From: Octopus vulgaris
Lineage: Eukaryota
Direction: 5' to 3'
Length of the DNA: 64,000 bases
Assembly: GCA_951406725.2 (NCBI GenBank)
Contig: OX597821.1
Location: 44,020,001 to 44,084,000 of the forward strand
Within the stretch, counting starts at the first letter, position 1; each line of letters opens with the position of its first letter. The translations under genes and the position numbers were made by a program. A model generated the notes under the pieces. The model was given only the letters and a program-made list of their open reading frames with translations, did no database searches and was not told the origin of the DNA. This document shows positions 1-11,950 of this stretch, piece after piece.

Positions 1-34
<34 letters not shown>

Positions 35-64
35 GATGGGTGTTTGTGTGTGTGTGTTTGTTGC

Positions 65-99
<35 letters not shown>

Positions 100-238
100 A
101 TATAAAGATACACTTATTTGTATACACACATGCACATATGTATGTACGGATGAATAAATATACATATACATATATATACCTATATACATACATATATATA
201 CACACATGTATCTATATATATATACATATATTTATATT

Positions 239-325
<87 letters not shown>

Positions 326-375
326 GCGTGTATGTTGCAAACACACACACTCATGTATATATATATATATATATA
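1..375. repeat. (TA)n/(TG)n compound microsatellite
   Basis: Long TATATA runs with TG/CA interruptions; produces the YIYI ORFs. Confidence 0.95.
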
Positions 376-1463
376 CTTAAAGGAAAATAATATGCCATTG
401 TGAAATTGATATCTTTGAGGTTATTAAGATGCCTTTCTTTATTATTATTATTATTACTATGATTATTATTATTATTATTATTATGTTTATTATTATTACT
501 TTTAATAATGTCAAATTTGACTGATAACCTTACTGCCAGTTTTATAATTGGATATCGTAAACGAAAATCTTCTTGGAGAGAGAACTAAAAAAAGCAAAAA
601 GTCCTTCACCTGACAAACGGAAATAGGTAGATTCCTCGTGTTGCTTTTCTCAGCAAGTAACCGCTTCATTACAGAAGAAATCAATTTTACTCCAATGTGT
701 TCGCAAACTTCCTCCTCCTCCTCTTTCTCTCCTGCTCTATTTTCTACTGTTCTGCTTCCTCGCCCCCATCTTCTTTATCTTTTCTTTTCTCTCTCTCTCT
801 CTCTCTCTTTCTCACATGTTCATGTTCGTCTTCCTCCTCTTCTTGCCATAAAGGTACCGTTACCCAATATTTCATCGATTCTTCTTTAATCTTATCTCGT
901 CCATCAAAATAACCGAAGCGCATAAATTTAGGAATACGCCAACCGAGAGAACAAGCTTAATATGGACTGAGACACTGCAGTTACCCCCTCCCGCCTCTCT
1001 CTTTCTTTCCTTCTCGCTTTCCCTGCCATCTCCTCCAACTTACACTGTTTTATAATCAGCAAAAACAGCATTAAAAAAGAACAAAAAATATAATATAACA
1101 AAGACAAAAATAAAGAAAAGAGACCTGAGTCGAAATTGAGCAAAAACCTCCTTAAATTTATCAATAGTTAATGTGTGCCGTCAGATAACCTCACATACAA
1201 AAAAGATTAAAACACAATTCATAAATAAAGTTGCCACTGTCAATGTTTAAGAATTCATCAGAAATGATTTGTATTTAAATCTACACTAGGAGGTGCAGTG
1301 GGAACTGTTTGGATATATAGACCGTCTTGAGTTTTGAATATTCAAAATATCTTTGTTGTTCTACACCAAGTTTCTACATTTTGCTGACTGGGGGCAGACT
1401 TTAAAAGAAATGTGTGTACATCTGTATGTATGTGCGTAAATATACCTACACACATACACACAC

Positions 1464-1501
<38 letters not shown>

Positions 1502-1509
1502 GTATATAT

Positions 1510-1848
1510 GAGGAAACCCCCTTTGGTCATGAATGACAATGGAATTGCACCTAGAACGTTACCCTCCAAGGCACAAGTCCAGGCAAGATTGTTTGTGGAA
1601 GGCCAGCAGTCACCCGTGCATACCAGCCTTCCCTCTCCACACCACTGATGTTATCCAAGGGAATGGCAAAGGTTGATACATCTTGGCACCAGTGATGTCG
1701 CAACTCATTTCTACACCTGAGTGAACTGGAGCAACGTGAAATAAAGTGACTTACTCAAGAATACAACCTGCAGCACAGTCCGAGAATCGAACTCACAACC
1801 TCATGATCATAAACTCAATGCTCTAACCATTGAGCCATGCACCTTCCT
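1510..1848 (-). mobile_element. tRNA-derived SINE, degraded
   Basis: The minus strand begins GCATGGCTCAATGGTTAGAGCATTGAG...GTGAGTTCGATTCTCGGAC (A-box/B-box-like head), followed by a non-tRNA body. Confidence 0.7.
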
Positions 1849-1984
1849 TTTGTGGTTAGCCACATTTAAGTGGCAAATATACTTCACATTGTTGTGCAGC
1901 TACTGTTCATACCTCGTTCAGAGATTTAATATTGCTTATATATATATATATACTTATATACATATATGTATATGTATGTATATC

Positions 1985-2543
1985 TTCTTTCTTTTACTTC
2001 TTTCAGACATTACACTGGGATCATGCTGGTGGACTAGCTTGAAGAATTTTTAGTCAAACGTATTGACCCCAGTATTTATTATTTTTAAATCCTGGTTCTT
2101 ATTCTATTGGTCACTTTTGTTGAACAAATAAGTTATGAGGACATAAACACACCAGCACCGGTTGTCAAGTGGTAGTGGGGGACAAACTCAGAGACAAAGA
2201 AACGCATATATATATGCTTTCAAAATGTGACCGCTTGTGTACCGTTGGCGATTTTTTCCTCCGTCTTCCTTTCCTTGGATCTTTCCTTTTCCTATGTTTT
2301 TGACGAAGAGCTCCGCTCAAAATGTTAAATCCTCCTTCTTTCTTTCCTTTCCTGAGCGTCCAATAGCACTATACTTGTTCCATGTCCTCGCGTTGTTGTA
2401 TTTTCCACAAACACACACACACAACAAGCTTCTTTCCTTGTTGTAGAAGACACTTGCCCAAGGTGCCATGCGATGAGACTGAACCCTGAACCATGTGGCT
2501 TGGAAGCAAGCAAGCCTCTTACTACACAGCCATATTTGTGCCT
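1985..2543 (-). mobile_element. SINE family A copy, split by a Penelope-like insert at its internal microsatellite
   Basis: 1985-2200 matches the reverse complement of the 3' half of the 3508-3914 SINE; 2420-2543 matches its 5' half (AGAAGACACTTGCCCAAGGTGCC...ACACAGCC). Confidence 0.7.
2215..2410 (+). mobile_element. Penelope-like terminal-repeat fragment with degenerate hammerhead motif
   Basis: TGACGAAGAGCTCCGCTCAAAATGTTA at about 2301-2327 resembles CUGANGA-stem II-GAAA; same layout as 36005-36185 and 45840-46027. Confidence 0.5.
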
Positions 2544-2720
2544 CTGTGTGTTTATATGTGTGTATGTACGTAATATCAATTGCATAATGCCAAAACAAAT
2601 AGATGCAAACATGCATGCATACACTCCTCCACAAACACACACGCACACACACACGGAAAAGTTCATTTTTTTATTGTAATCTTTTCCATGTATATAAATG
2701 CTTTCCCAAATAACTATATA
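2544..2720 (+). repeat. Left arm (source) of a 177-bp inverted duplication
   Basis: Reverse complement of 5625-5801, with one mismatch seen. Confidence 0.95.
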
Positions 2721-2850
2721 CTTCACTTTAAAAGCTCTGAGGAAGCATTATTGTGATGCACAAACACTCAATTCTGAGTGTACTGCAACCTATAGAAGAA
2801 ACAGCTGTAAGGTAATGAAGGTGGTTACGTAATTCATGTTCCCTTGTCAT

Positions 2851-2916
<66 letters not shown>

Positions 2917-3507
2917 AATAAATGACAGCAATTGTTAGATGAAATCTTTAACAATAAGAAAATTCTAATATCACGACTAATTATTTCATAGCTTAAAAAC
3001 ATGTAAATCATTTAATCATTTAATAATAAACAAACTACTTACATGCCTGAAAACGTAGCTTAAATTTTGTATTATTTTGAAGGATTTTTTGCATTTTGCA
3101 TTAAAGCAAGTATGTAAGTAATTTATTTATTATTGAATACGATAATATAAAATATTTGTGTTTTTAAGTTGTGAAACAATTTTTTGTGATAATAGAAATT
3201 ACTTATGGTTGAATAAAATATTGTCAAACTATTACTCTGTCATTTATGACTTTATACATTCCATATCGTTTTCTCTTGTATCGTACTATATATTCTATAT
3301 GTTTTGAAGAATGATACATTAAGGAGCTTTTTTTATGAGTACTACCAGATTACTTGAATCTATATATTGTGACTTAAGTTTATTTATGTATGTATATATA
3401 CTTCTATGAATAAAAAATATACATTTATATCAATAAATAAATATATAATAATATAAATAAATAAATATATAATTAAATATATATTTACATAAGTAAATAA
3501 ATACATA

Positions 3508-3914
3508 GGCGCAGGAGTGGCTGTGTGGTAAGTAGCTTGCTAACCAATTACATGGTTCCGGGTTCAGTCCCACTGCGTCACATCTTGGGCAAGTGTCTTC
3601 TGCTATAGCCCTGGGCCGACCAATGCCTTGTGAGTGGATTTGGTAGACGGAGACTGAAAGAAGCCTGTCGTATATATGTATATATATGTGTGTGTGTATG
3701 TGTTTGTGTGTCTGTGTTTGTCCCCCTAGCATTGCTTGACAACCGATGCTGGTGTGTTTATGTCCCTGTTACTTAGCGGTTTGGCAAAAGAGACCGATAA
3801 AATAAGTACTGGGCTTACAAAGAATAAGTCCCGAGGTCGATTTGCTCGGCTAAAAGGCGGTGCTCCAGCATGGCCGCAGTCAAATGACTGAAACAAGTAA
3901 AAGAGTAAAAGAGA
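3508..3914 (+). mobile_element. tRNA-derived SINE family A, full length (about 410 bp)
   Basis: Head GGCGCAGGAGTGGCTGTGTGGTAAG...GGTTCAGTCCC, internal TA/TG microsatellite, tail GACTGAAACAAGTAAAAGAGTAAAAGAG; close copies at 19143, 31756 and 44831. Confidence 0.92.
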
Positions 3915-4057
3915 ATATATATATATAATAAATAAATGTATATGTATTTATATAAATGAATATATAAATAAATAAATATATAAATATATATATATTTAAA
4001 TTTAATGGCGATTTGACATCTATGTTTAGCATAGTGGTCATTCCTCTTAATTTTGTG

Positions 4058-4111
<54 letters not shown>

Positions 4112-4419
4112 TATATTTATATAGATATATAAATATTTACTGGATTTTGCAGATAAATTGAGGCCAATTTTAAACAGTTGACTTAGTGGGTTTAACATTT
4201 CATTTTTTGACAAAACCTTGCTTGAAAATCTAATCCTCCTCTTAATTTTTCAGGAAAATTGCAAACTGATTCAGCAAGAGAAAGTCATTGAACAACAGAA
4301 TTGAAAGAGTTATTTAAAAAACAATTTGTACTCATGGATTGTAAAGTAGTAGTATACAACTGAATATCTCAATACTGAATTGAACGTCCAGTTTAAAACG
4401 GCTACATGCAGAGTATATG

Positions 4420-6110
4420 TAACATAGGTGTGGAATTATACAGTTGATGGAACAGTAGACATTAAGAGACAGGCTTGGTAAACATGGAAGGTAAGTGGTT
4501 GTAGATAGCAGTAGCAAATAGCTTGGATGGCAGCTAGGTAACAGGTATACTTGACCAAGGGAGAAGCAGAGAGAAACAGATTTGCATTTGTCTTGCAACA
4601 TGAAGACCAGAGGTGTGAGATATTCATGAATGTGAGTCAGTATGTGAGAGAGAACTGAGATGTCAATGGTGAGTAGTGTATTCAGAACAATGAAAGTATA
4701 TTCATCACTGTTAAGCTATCAAACATGGAGAATGCATGGGAAGAAAAGGGCTACCTTATGTTGACCCTGACAGAGCCAGCAATTCAAGTTGGCAGTAACA
4801 TAGCACATAAAGCAATCAAGATTATGGAAAGAAGGAAAGCTGCTGATCCAGCAAAGATAGTTGCAAAGATGCTCAAAATATCTGGTAAGGTATCGTATAT
4901 GATTTCCACTTATATAGTTAATCAAGTTATACAAGGAGTCATACCCAATGACTGGTGTAGCAGTATCATGGTAAACTGCTAAACAGACAAAGGAAATGCC
5001 TTAGCGAGAAACAATTTTGAAGTAATCAAATTACTGGATTAGGTTATGAAGGTCAATTTTGCCATGACAGAAAGAGTCATAGCATGATTGGATCATGACA
5101 AGATAGATTTAGATAAGTTGCAGTTTCACTTTGTGCCTTGAAGAGCTACCATGGATGCAATCTTTATAGTGAAGCAACTACAGGAGAAATACCTGGCTAA
5201 GAGCAAGCCATAATTCCTAACATTTGTTAACTTGGAGAAGGTATTTGTTGGTATAGTATATACAGTGATCTGATGTTCAATAAGGAAATTAAGTGCTGAT
5301 TGTGGTAAGTGCTAGGTCCTGCTCAATCTGTAGAAAAGGTGTAGATAGTAACTCTGTAAGATGCACCTGGTGTAAGCTTTGAACATATAAAAGGTGCAGA
5401 GGAAGGTTAACAAGGAAAATAGCTTTTGTGTGTGGTAGATGCACAGGTAAAATAAACATCAAAAATGTACAGAAAATAGACTCCATCAACTGCCATGGGG
5501 ATAAGCTAGAGGTTGTAGATAGCTTCTATTACCTAGGTGATCAAGTTAGTAGTATGGCTTGTGAGACTCGAACAAGTACAAAGATGCAGTAAGTAAAGTG
5601 AGATCAACAACATCAGTGATGAATTATATAGTTATTTGGGAAAGCATTTATATACATGGAAAAGATTACAATAAAAAAATGAACTTTTCCGTGTGTGTGT
5701 GCGTGTGTGTTTGTGGAGGAGTGTATGCATGCATGTTTGCATCTATTTGTTTTGGCATTATGCAATTGATATTACGTACATACACACACATAAACACACA
5801 GGGTTGAAGTCCATCAAGGTTCAGTCCTCATTTACCTCCAATTCATAATAGTCCTACCGGTCATCACACAAGAATTTAAGACTGATTGTCCGTGGGTACT
5901 CCTATATGCTGATGAGCTACTTCTCATAGCTGAATCTTCAGGGAAATTTGGGAGGGAATTCCAAACATAGAAGTGGAACCTAAGAGTAAACTTAGGAAAA
6001 ACTAAGGTTTTAGTAAGTGGGAAAGAAGACAACCCTGTTACCTTCAGAGAAATGGCCTCGCTTGGTATGCAGAAAAGGAGTAGATATAAACTCCATGCAC
6101 TGTATCCAAT
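4420..6110 (+). mobile_element. RTE-clade LINE ORF2 relic (RT region), rearranged
   Basis: Translates to MLKISG..PNDWCSSIMVNC, FVNLEKVF, VHQGSVL, LLYADE and a Cys-rich PCSICRKGVDSNSVRC segment, with many stops; homologous to 55860-57110. Confidence 0.85.
5625..5801 (-). repeat. Right arm of the 177-bp inverted duplication, inserted in the RTE relic
   Basis: Reverse complement of 2544-2720; sits between the RT segments ..SDE and VHQGSVL. Confidence 0.95.
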
Positions 6111-6213
6111 GCCTGCTTCTCTTTCTCCCCACTCTTGTAGTCTATCTAACTATATGTCATCTCCCTCATCCTCTTCATGTCAATCAAAACATCATTGCTG
6201 TCCTCTGGCTCTT

Positions 6214-6432
6214 TACCTATTTTTTTACTACCCACAAGGGGCTAAACACAGAGAGGACAAACGGATTAAGTCGATTATATCGACTCCAGTGCGTAACTGG
6301 TATTTAATTTATCGACACCGAAAGGATGAAAGGCAAAGTCGACCTCGGTGGAATTTGAACTCAGAACGTAGTGACAGACAAAATACTGCTGAGCATTTCA
6401 CCCGGCGTGCTAACAATTCTGCCAGCTTGCCA
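6214..6432 (-). mobile_element. SINE family B
   Basis: Reverse complement of the 56243-56475 element (GGCGAGCTGGC...GAGTTCAAATTCC...TTTCATCCTTTCGG...GTGGGTAGTAAA). Confidence 0.88.
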
Positions 6433-6948
6433 CCTTTACCTGATCCACCATTCCCTACAGCCATCCTCAACCCTCTCTCTTATTCCCTCATCTTTTACTC
6501 CTCCATATACACTTGCAAACCCCATCCACCCACACCCCTAGTTTCTCTGTCCCCATTCACTTCAACAAACCTTGTACCTTCAAGAGTTGCCTGGATTCCT
6601 TATCAACACAATTTATTTCTTTGCTGCTCCATCTTATAATTCTCATCATCTCTTCTAGATGTGAGTAGCTATGTAAGCTTCTCTACAATAAAAAACCTGC
6701 TTTACTCCTTTCTATGATACTTTAACTCATCTAGCATGAAGCCACCTCCCATACAATGCTCAATGTGTTGTAAGCTGCATGATGTCCTCATTAGTTATAG
6801 TGCTGCCATTAAACCACCCCATACATGCTGTAAAGTGATTGACATTAGGGAGGGCATCCAGCCATAGTAACCATACTAAAATAGACAGCCACATTCAGAT
6901 CTTGTTAAACTGTGCAAACCCATGTCAGCATGGAACATACGTGTGTGT

Positions 6949-6996
<48 letters not shown>

Positions 6997-7263
6997 ATGT
7001 GTTTGCATGCATGCAGACAAATAAAAGAAAAAGTGCTCAACACATTTATTAGGAGGTCTATTATTATTTTAAGCAGTTTGATTTGGATCTATGTGATTTG
7101 AAGTTTCATAGGCTTCTTACAGGAACCTAGCTTGTTCAGGCTGAGATTTCTCTGTGTGGTATTGCCATAGCAACTACCACAGAGAAGTTTGTTGCAATAG
7201 AACATTCACGTTTAAGTGGGGATAAATATTACTTCACAGTGTTGATACTATTTCTGTTGCTAT

Positions 7264-7320
<57 letters not shown>

Positions 7321-7322
<2 letters not shown>

Positions 7323-10020
7323 CGTCAGTTGTGGTGTGCAAGAGAGACGGCTGCGCTGGTATGGTCATGTGACGAGAAAGGCTGAAGATAGTTGTGTGCA
7401 AAAGTGCTACACCCTAGCAGTTGAGGGAACCTGTGGAAGAGGTAGACCCAGGAAAATCTGGGACGAGGTGGTGAAGCACGACCTTCGAACTTTAGGTCTC
7501 ACTAAGGAAATGTCTAGAGACCGAGACCTATGGAATTATGCTGTGCGTGAGAAGACCCGGCAAGACTAGTCAGGCCATAACCCGTGGCCCCTACCTGGGA
7601 CGTAGTCAGTCCTCCTGTGCATACCTTCCTTCTTGTGACACTTATGAAGACCTGTTGAGGCAAGTGAAAATCAAATCAAAACAAATCAAAATAGATGAAC
7701 ATCAGTGGAATTGTATTCTTTGTGGTACCAGTGCCGGTGGCACACAAGAAAACCACCCAAACGTGGCCGTAGCCAGTACCGCATCGACTGGCCTCCGTGC
7801 TGTGGGCACAACAAACACCATCCGATCGTGGCCGTTCGCCAGCCTCATCTGGCACCTGTGTCGGTGGCACATAAAGACACCATCCGAAGACCCAGCGACG
7901 TAGTCAGTCCACCTGTGCATACCTTCCCTCTTATGACACTTGTGAAGACCTGTTGAGGCAAGTGTGTGACACTTGTGAAGACCTGTTGAGGCAGAGGCAA
8001 GTGTGTGACACTTGTGGAGACCTGTTGAGGCAAGTGTGTGACCCTTGTGAAGACCTGTTGAGGCAAGTGAAAATCAAATCAAACCAAATCAAAATAGATG
8101 AACATCAATGGAATTTGTATCTTTGTGGTTCCAGTACCGGTGGCACACAAGAAAACCATCCGAACATGGCCGTAGCCAGTACCGCATCGACTGGCCTCCG
8201 TGCTGTGGGCACAACAAACACCATCTGATCGTGGCCGTTCGCCAGCCTCATCTGGCACCTGTGTAGGTGGCACATAAAAACACCATCCGAAGACCCGGCG
8301 ACGTAGTCAGTCCACCTGTGCATACCTTCCCTCTTATGACACTTGTGAAGACCTGTTGAGGCAAGTGTGTGACACTTGTGAAGACCTGTTGAGGCAGAGG
8401 CAAGTGTGTGACACTTTGTGAAGACCTGTTGAGGCAGAGGCAAGTGTGTGACACTTGTGGAGACCTGTTGAGGCAAGTGTGTGATACGTGTGACACTTGT
8501 GAAGACCTGTTGAGGCAAGTGAAAATCAAAATCAAACCAAATCAAAATAGATGAACATCAATGGAATTTGTATCTTTGTGGTTCCAGTACCGGTGGCACA
8601 CAAGAAAACCATCCGATCGTGGCCGTTCGCCAGCCTCATCTGGCACCTGTGTCGGTGGCACATAAAAACACCATCCGAAGACCCGGCGACGTAGTCAGTC
8701 CACCTGTGCATACCTTCCTACTTATGACACTTGTGAAGACCTGTTGAGGCAAGTGTGTGACACTTGTGTAGACCTGTTGAGGCAAGTGAAAATCAAAAAT
8801 CAAAAATCAAAATCAAATCAAATCAAATCAAACCAAATCAAAATAGATGAACATCAATGGAATTTGTATCTTTGTGGTACCAGTACCGGTGGCACACAAG
8901 AAAACCATCCGAACGTGGCCGTAGCCAGTACCGCATCGACTGGCCTCTGTGATGTGGGCACATAACAAACACCATCCGATCGTGGCCGTCCGCCAGCCTC
9001 ATCTGGCACCTGTGTCGGTGGCACATAAAAACACCAACCGAAGACCCGGCAAGACTAGTCAGGCCATAACCCGTGGCCCCTACTTGGGACGTAGTCAGTC
9101 CACCTGTGCATACCTTGCTTCCTTCTTGTGACACTTGTGAAGACCTGTGAAGACCTGTTGAGGCAAGTGAAAATCAAATCAAATCAAATCAAAATAGATG
9201 AACATCAATGGAATTTGTATCTTTGTGGTACCAGTGCCGGTGGCACACAAGAAAACCATCCGAACGTGGCCGTAGCCAGTACCGCATCGACTGGCCTCCG
9301 TGCTGTGGGCACGCAACAAACACCATCCGATCGTGGCCGTTCGCCAGCCTCATCTGGCACCTGTGTTGGTGGCACATAAAAACACCATCCGAAGACCCGG
9401 CAAGACTAGTCAGGCCATAACCCGTGGCCCCTACCTGGGACGTAGTCAGTCCACCTGTGCATACCTTCCTTCTTGTGACACTTGTGAAGACCTGTTGAGG
9501 CAAGTGAAAATCAAATCAAATCAAAACAAATCAAAATAGATGAACATCAATGGAATTTGTATCTTTGTGGTACCAGTGCCGGTGGCACACAAGAAAATCA
9601 TCCGAACGTGGCCGTAGCCAGTACCGCATAGACTGGCCTCCGTGCTTTGGGGACGTAACAAACACCATCCGATCGTGGCCGTCCGCCAGCCTCATCTGGC
9701 ACCTGTGTCGGTGGCACATAAAAACACCATCCGAGCGTGGCCGTCCTCCAGCCTCGTCTGGCACCTGTGTCGGTGGCACATAAAAACACCATCCGAGCAT
9801 GGCCGTTCGCCAGCCTCGTCTGGCACCTGTGTCGGTGGCACATAAAATCACCCACTACACTCTCGGAGTGGTTGGCGTTAGGAAGGGCATCCAGCTGTAG
9901 AAACACTGCCAGATCTGACTGGCCTGGTGCAGCCTTCGGGCTCCCCAGACCCCAGTTGAACCGTCCAACCCATGCTAGCATGGAAAACGGACGCTAAATG
10001 ATGATGATGATGATGATGAT
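7321..10020 (+). mobile_element. 5'-truncated RTE LINE with tandemly amplified 3' end, inserted in (TA)n
   Basis: 7336-7569 encodes an RTE ORF2 C-terminus (ERRLRWYGHV...GRGRPRKIW...DRDLW); ends CCATGCTAGCATGGAAAACGGACGCTAAA(TGA)n; TA repeats on both flanks. Confidence 0.9.
7552..9847 (+). repeat. Higher-order tandem array: 6 units of about 300-450 bp with 30-36-bp and about 60-bp sub-repeats
   Basis: The anchor AAATCAAAATAGATGAACATCA recurs at about 7683, 8086, 8538, 8835, 9186 and 9528; the sub-repeat GACACTTGTGAAGACCTGTTGAGGCAAGTG occurs 1-5 times per unit. Confidence 0.95.
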
Positions 10021-10129
10021 ATATATATAGTGGTTAGAGTGTTGGACTCACAATCATGAGATAGTGAGTTCGATTCCTGGACTGGGATGTATGTTTGATT
10101 GTCACTTAACAGTGCATAATAAACAATTC

Positions 10130-10840
10130 CCCTCATGTCCCAGTACACTCAAAAGAATCTTCTTTCAATGCAGACCACTTCGCGGCTGTTAGATAGGCTT
10201 TGAATTATGGCTGAGCCACTGTCTTTTGCAATTAACATTATGGTAGAGAAGCCACTTCTCATCTCTAATAATGATTCTATCAAAAAAAAAAAAATGTGTG
10301 TGAAGTTCACGAGAATGCAATGAGACAGCAGTCCACATGTTGTTTGCGATTGTTTTAAGACAGATCATTTCGAACTTATCTTCCAAGCCTTATTATTTCA
10401 TGATAGATGGTGTTATGCCTCACTTTAAACCCCTTGCTCAGTTCCCTAGTTGTAATGGTTAGATTTTCATCAATAGTAGCTTGCAATTTCTCAGAATTGA
10501 GTCCTTTGGGGCAACCTTCTCTTGCTTCATCTTTTAGACTGAAGTCACCCTTTTTGAAAAGTGAAAACCATCTCCTGCATGCCCTTCCATTCACCATATC
10601 ATTTCTATAAGTGCTTTTGAATGATCTTGCTGCTTAACTTGCAGTATTCCTTTCTGGAGTCAAACAGTAAAACATGCCATTTGTGCTCTTTACTTGGAGT
10701 GTACATTTGGGTCATCTGAAAGAAGAAATAATGTTTTAGGGATTTAGATAGCTACTAATATCATTTAGAAATTAGATTGGTGAATTCACGTCTTATAATT
10801 TTCCTTCAAAGAAATGGACACAACTTTCGTTACAACCTCT
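10130..10840 (-). mobile_element. mariner transposase relic (N-terminal half)
   Basis: RACRRWFSLFKKGDFSLKDEAREGCP..TTRELS (HTH) and RIIIRDEKWLLYHN (first catalytic Asp, TGDEKW-like); frameshifted. Confidence 0.88.
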
Positions 10841-11397
10841 GTGTGTGTAAGTATATGTGTGTGTATGTGTGTATACATATATATATTTTGATAATATTTT
10901 CTAGACACATATATATGTACACACACACACACGTATCTTTGCATATAAAATTAACTCTGTTCTAGTTAATTCTTCTATTTAAGATTTTTTGTATTTCCTT
11001 ATCAGCTTCTTATATTTGCTTTAGTAACAATACAATTTCTAAATCTGTTAGTCCATTACAGTCTGACCAAAAATCTGTGTATTCTTATACATACAAACAG
11101 TTGTATATATATATATATATATATATAATGTTTGTTGTGTGTACATAAGCATGTGTTATCCCAATACTCTACGAAATCAATGTTGAACATCTCTGAACAA
11201 ATACAGAATCCTTATCAAAACATTCCAATTCAACAAAGAAATCTCCATCAATACCATAGACCAAGAGCACATACACTTGATCAGACAGACAAACAATCAG
11301 AAAGACACATATATGCATATATTTGTATACATATATGCATATATATACTTATACATATATATATATATATGTGTGTATATATACTTCTATATAATAT

Positions 11398-11950
11398 CAC
11401 CATCATATAATGTTCATGTTCTATGCTGGCATAGGTTAGATGATTAGACAGGAGTTAGGAACAGGAGAGCTGTACCAGGCTCCTATTGTCTGTTTTGACA
11501 TGGTTTCTATAGCTCAATGCTCTTCATAACACCAGCCACTTTACAGACTATACTTTGTGCTTCTAAGCTATCTACTACTTCGAAGGACCTTACTGGACAT
11601 TTGACTAAGTCTATTTTCTGTAGATTTTTTGTGTTTATTATAGCTGCACATCATCCAAACAAAAACTACTTTCTCTGTTAACCTTCCAGTATACCTTTGC
11701 ACGTCCTATGTGTCCATAGTTTGCATTGGGTACACCATATAGAATTTCTACCCACACCTTTTCTGCATATTGAGCTGGGTCATCTCCCCAAAGGGATTAG
11801 TAATTTGTTTTCTTATACTCAAGCACTTTGATGTTTGCTAAATTAGCTCTAAGGCCCTTTGATTACAGACCCTGCTTCCACATCTGAAATCTCTTCACTA
11901 GTTCCGGTAGTGATTCAGTATAGAGGAGCTCCCAAAAGCAGCCAATCTTG
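11398..11950 (-). mobile_element. RTE LINE relic (RT fragment plus 3' tail)
   Basis: The minus strand encodes ELLYTE and RFQMWKQGL*SKGLRANLANIKVL, as in the other RTE copies; degraded tail near 11400-11560. Confidence 0.6.

Noticed and set aside
3037-3056. Micro-exon-like motifs on the minus strand (TTTTCAG-GCAT-GTAAGT here; TTTTTAG-TTG-GTAAGT near 49820-49838)
   Set aside because: Too short to tell from chance without RNA data, and no supporting gene context.
6052-6639. 195-aa ORF
   Set aside because: Chance read-through across an RTE fragment, an antisense SINE and CT-rich sequence.
7552-9847. CRISPR-like array (30-36-bp repeats)
   Set aside because: The intervening sequences are themselves repeated rather than unique spacers; there are no cas genes; the array lies inside a eukaryotic LINE.
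10028-10090. tRNA gene (also at 22330 and 46157)
   Set aside because: A/B-box-like heads without a complete cloverleaf, continuing into repeat bodies; these are SINE heads.
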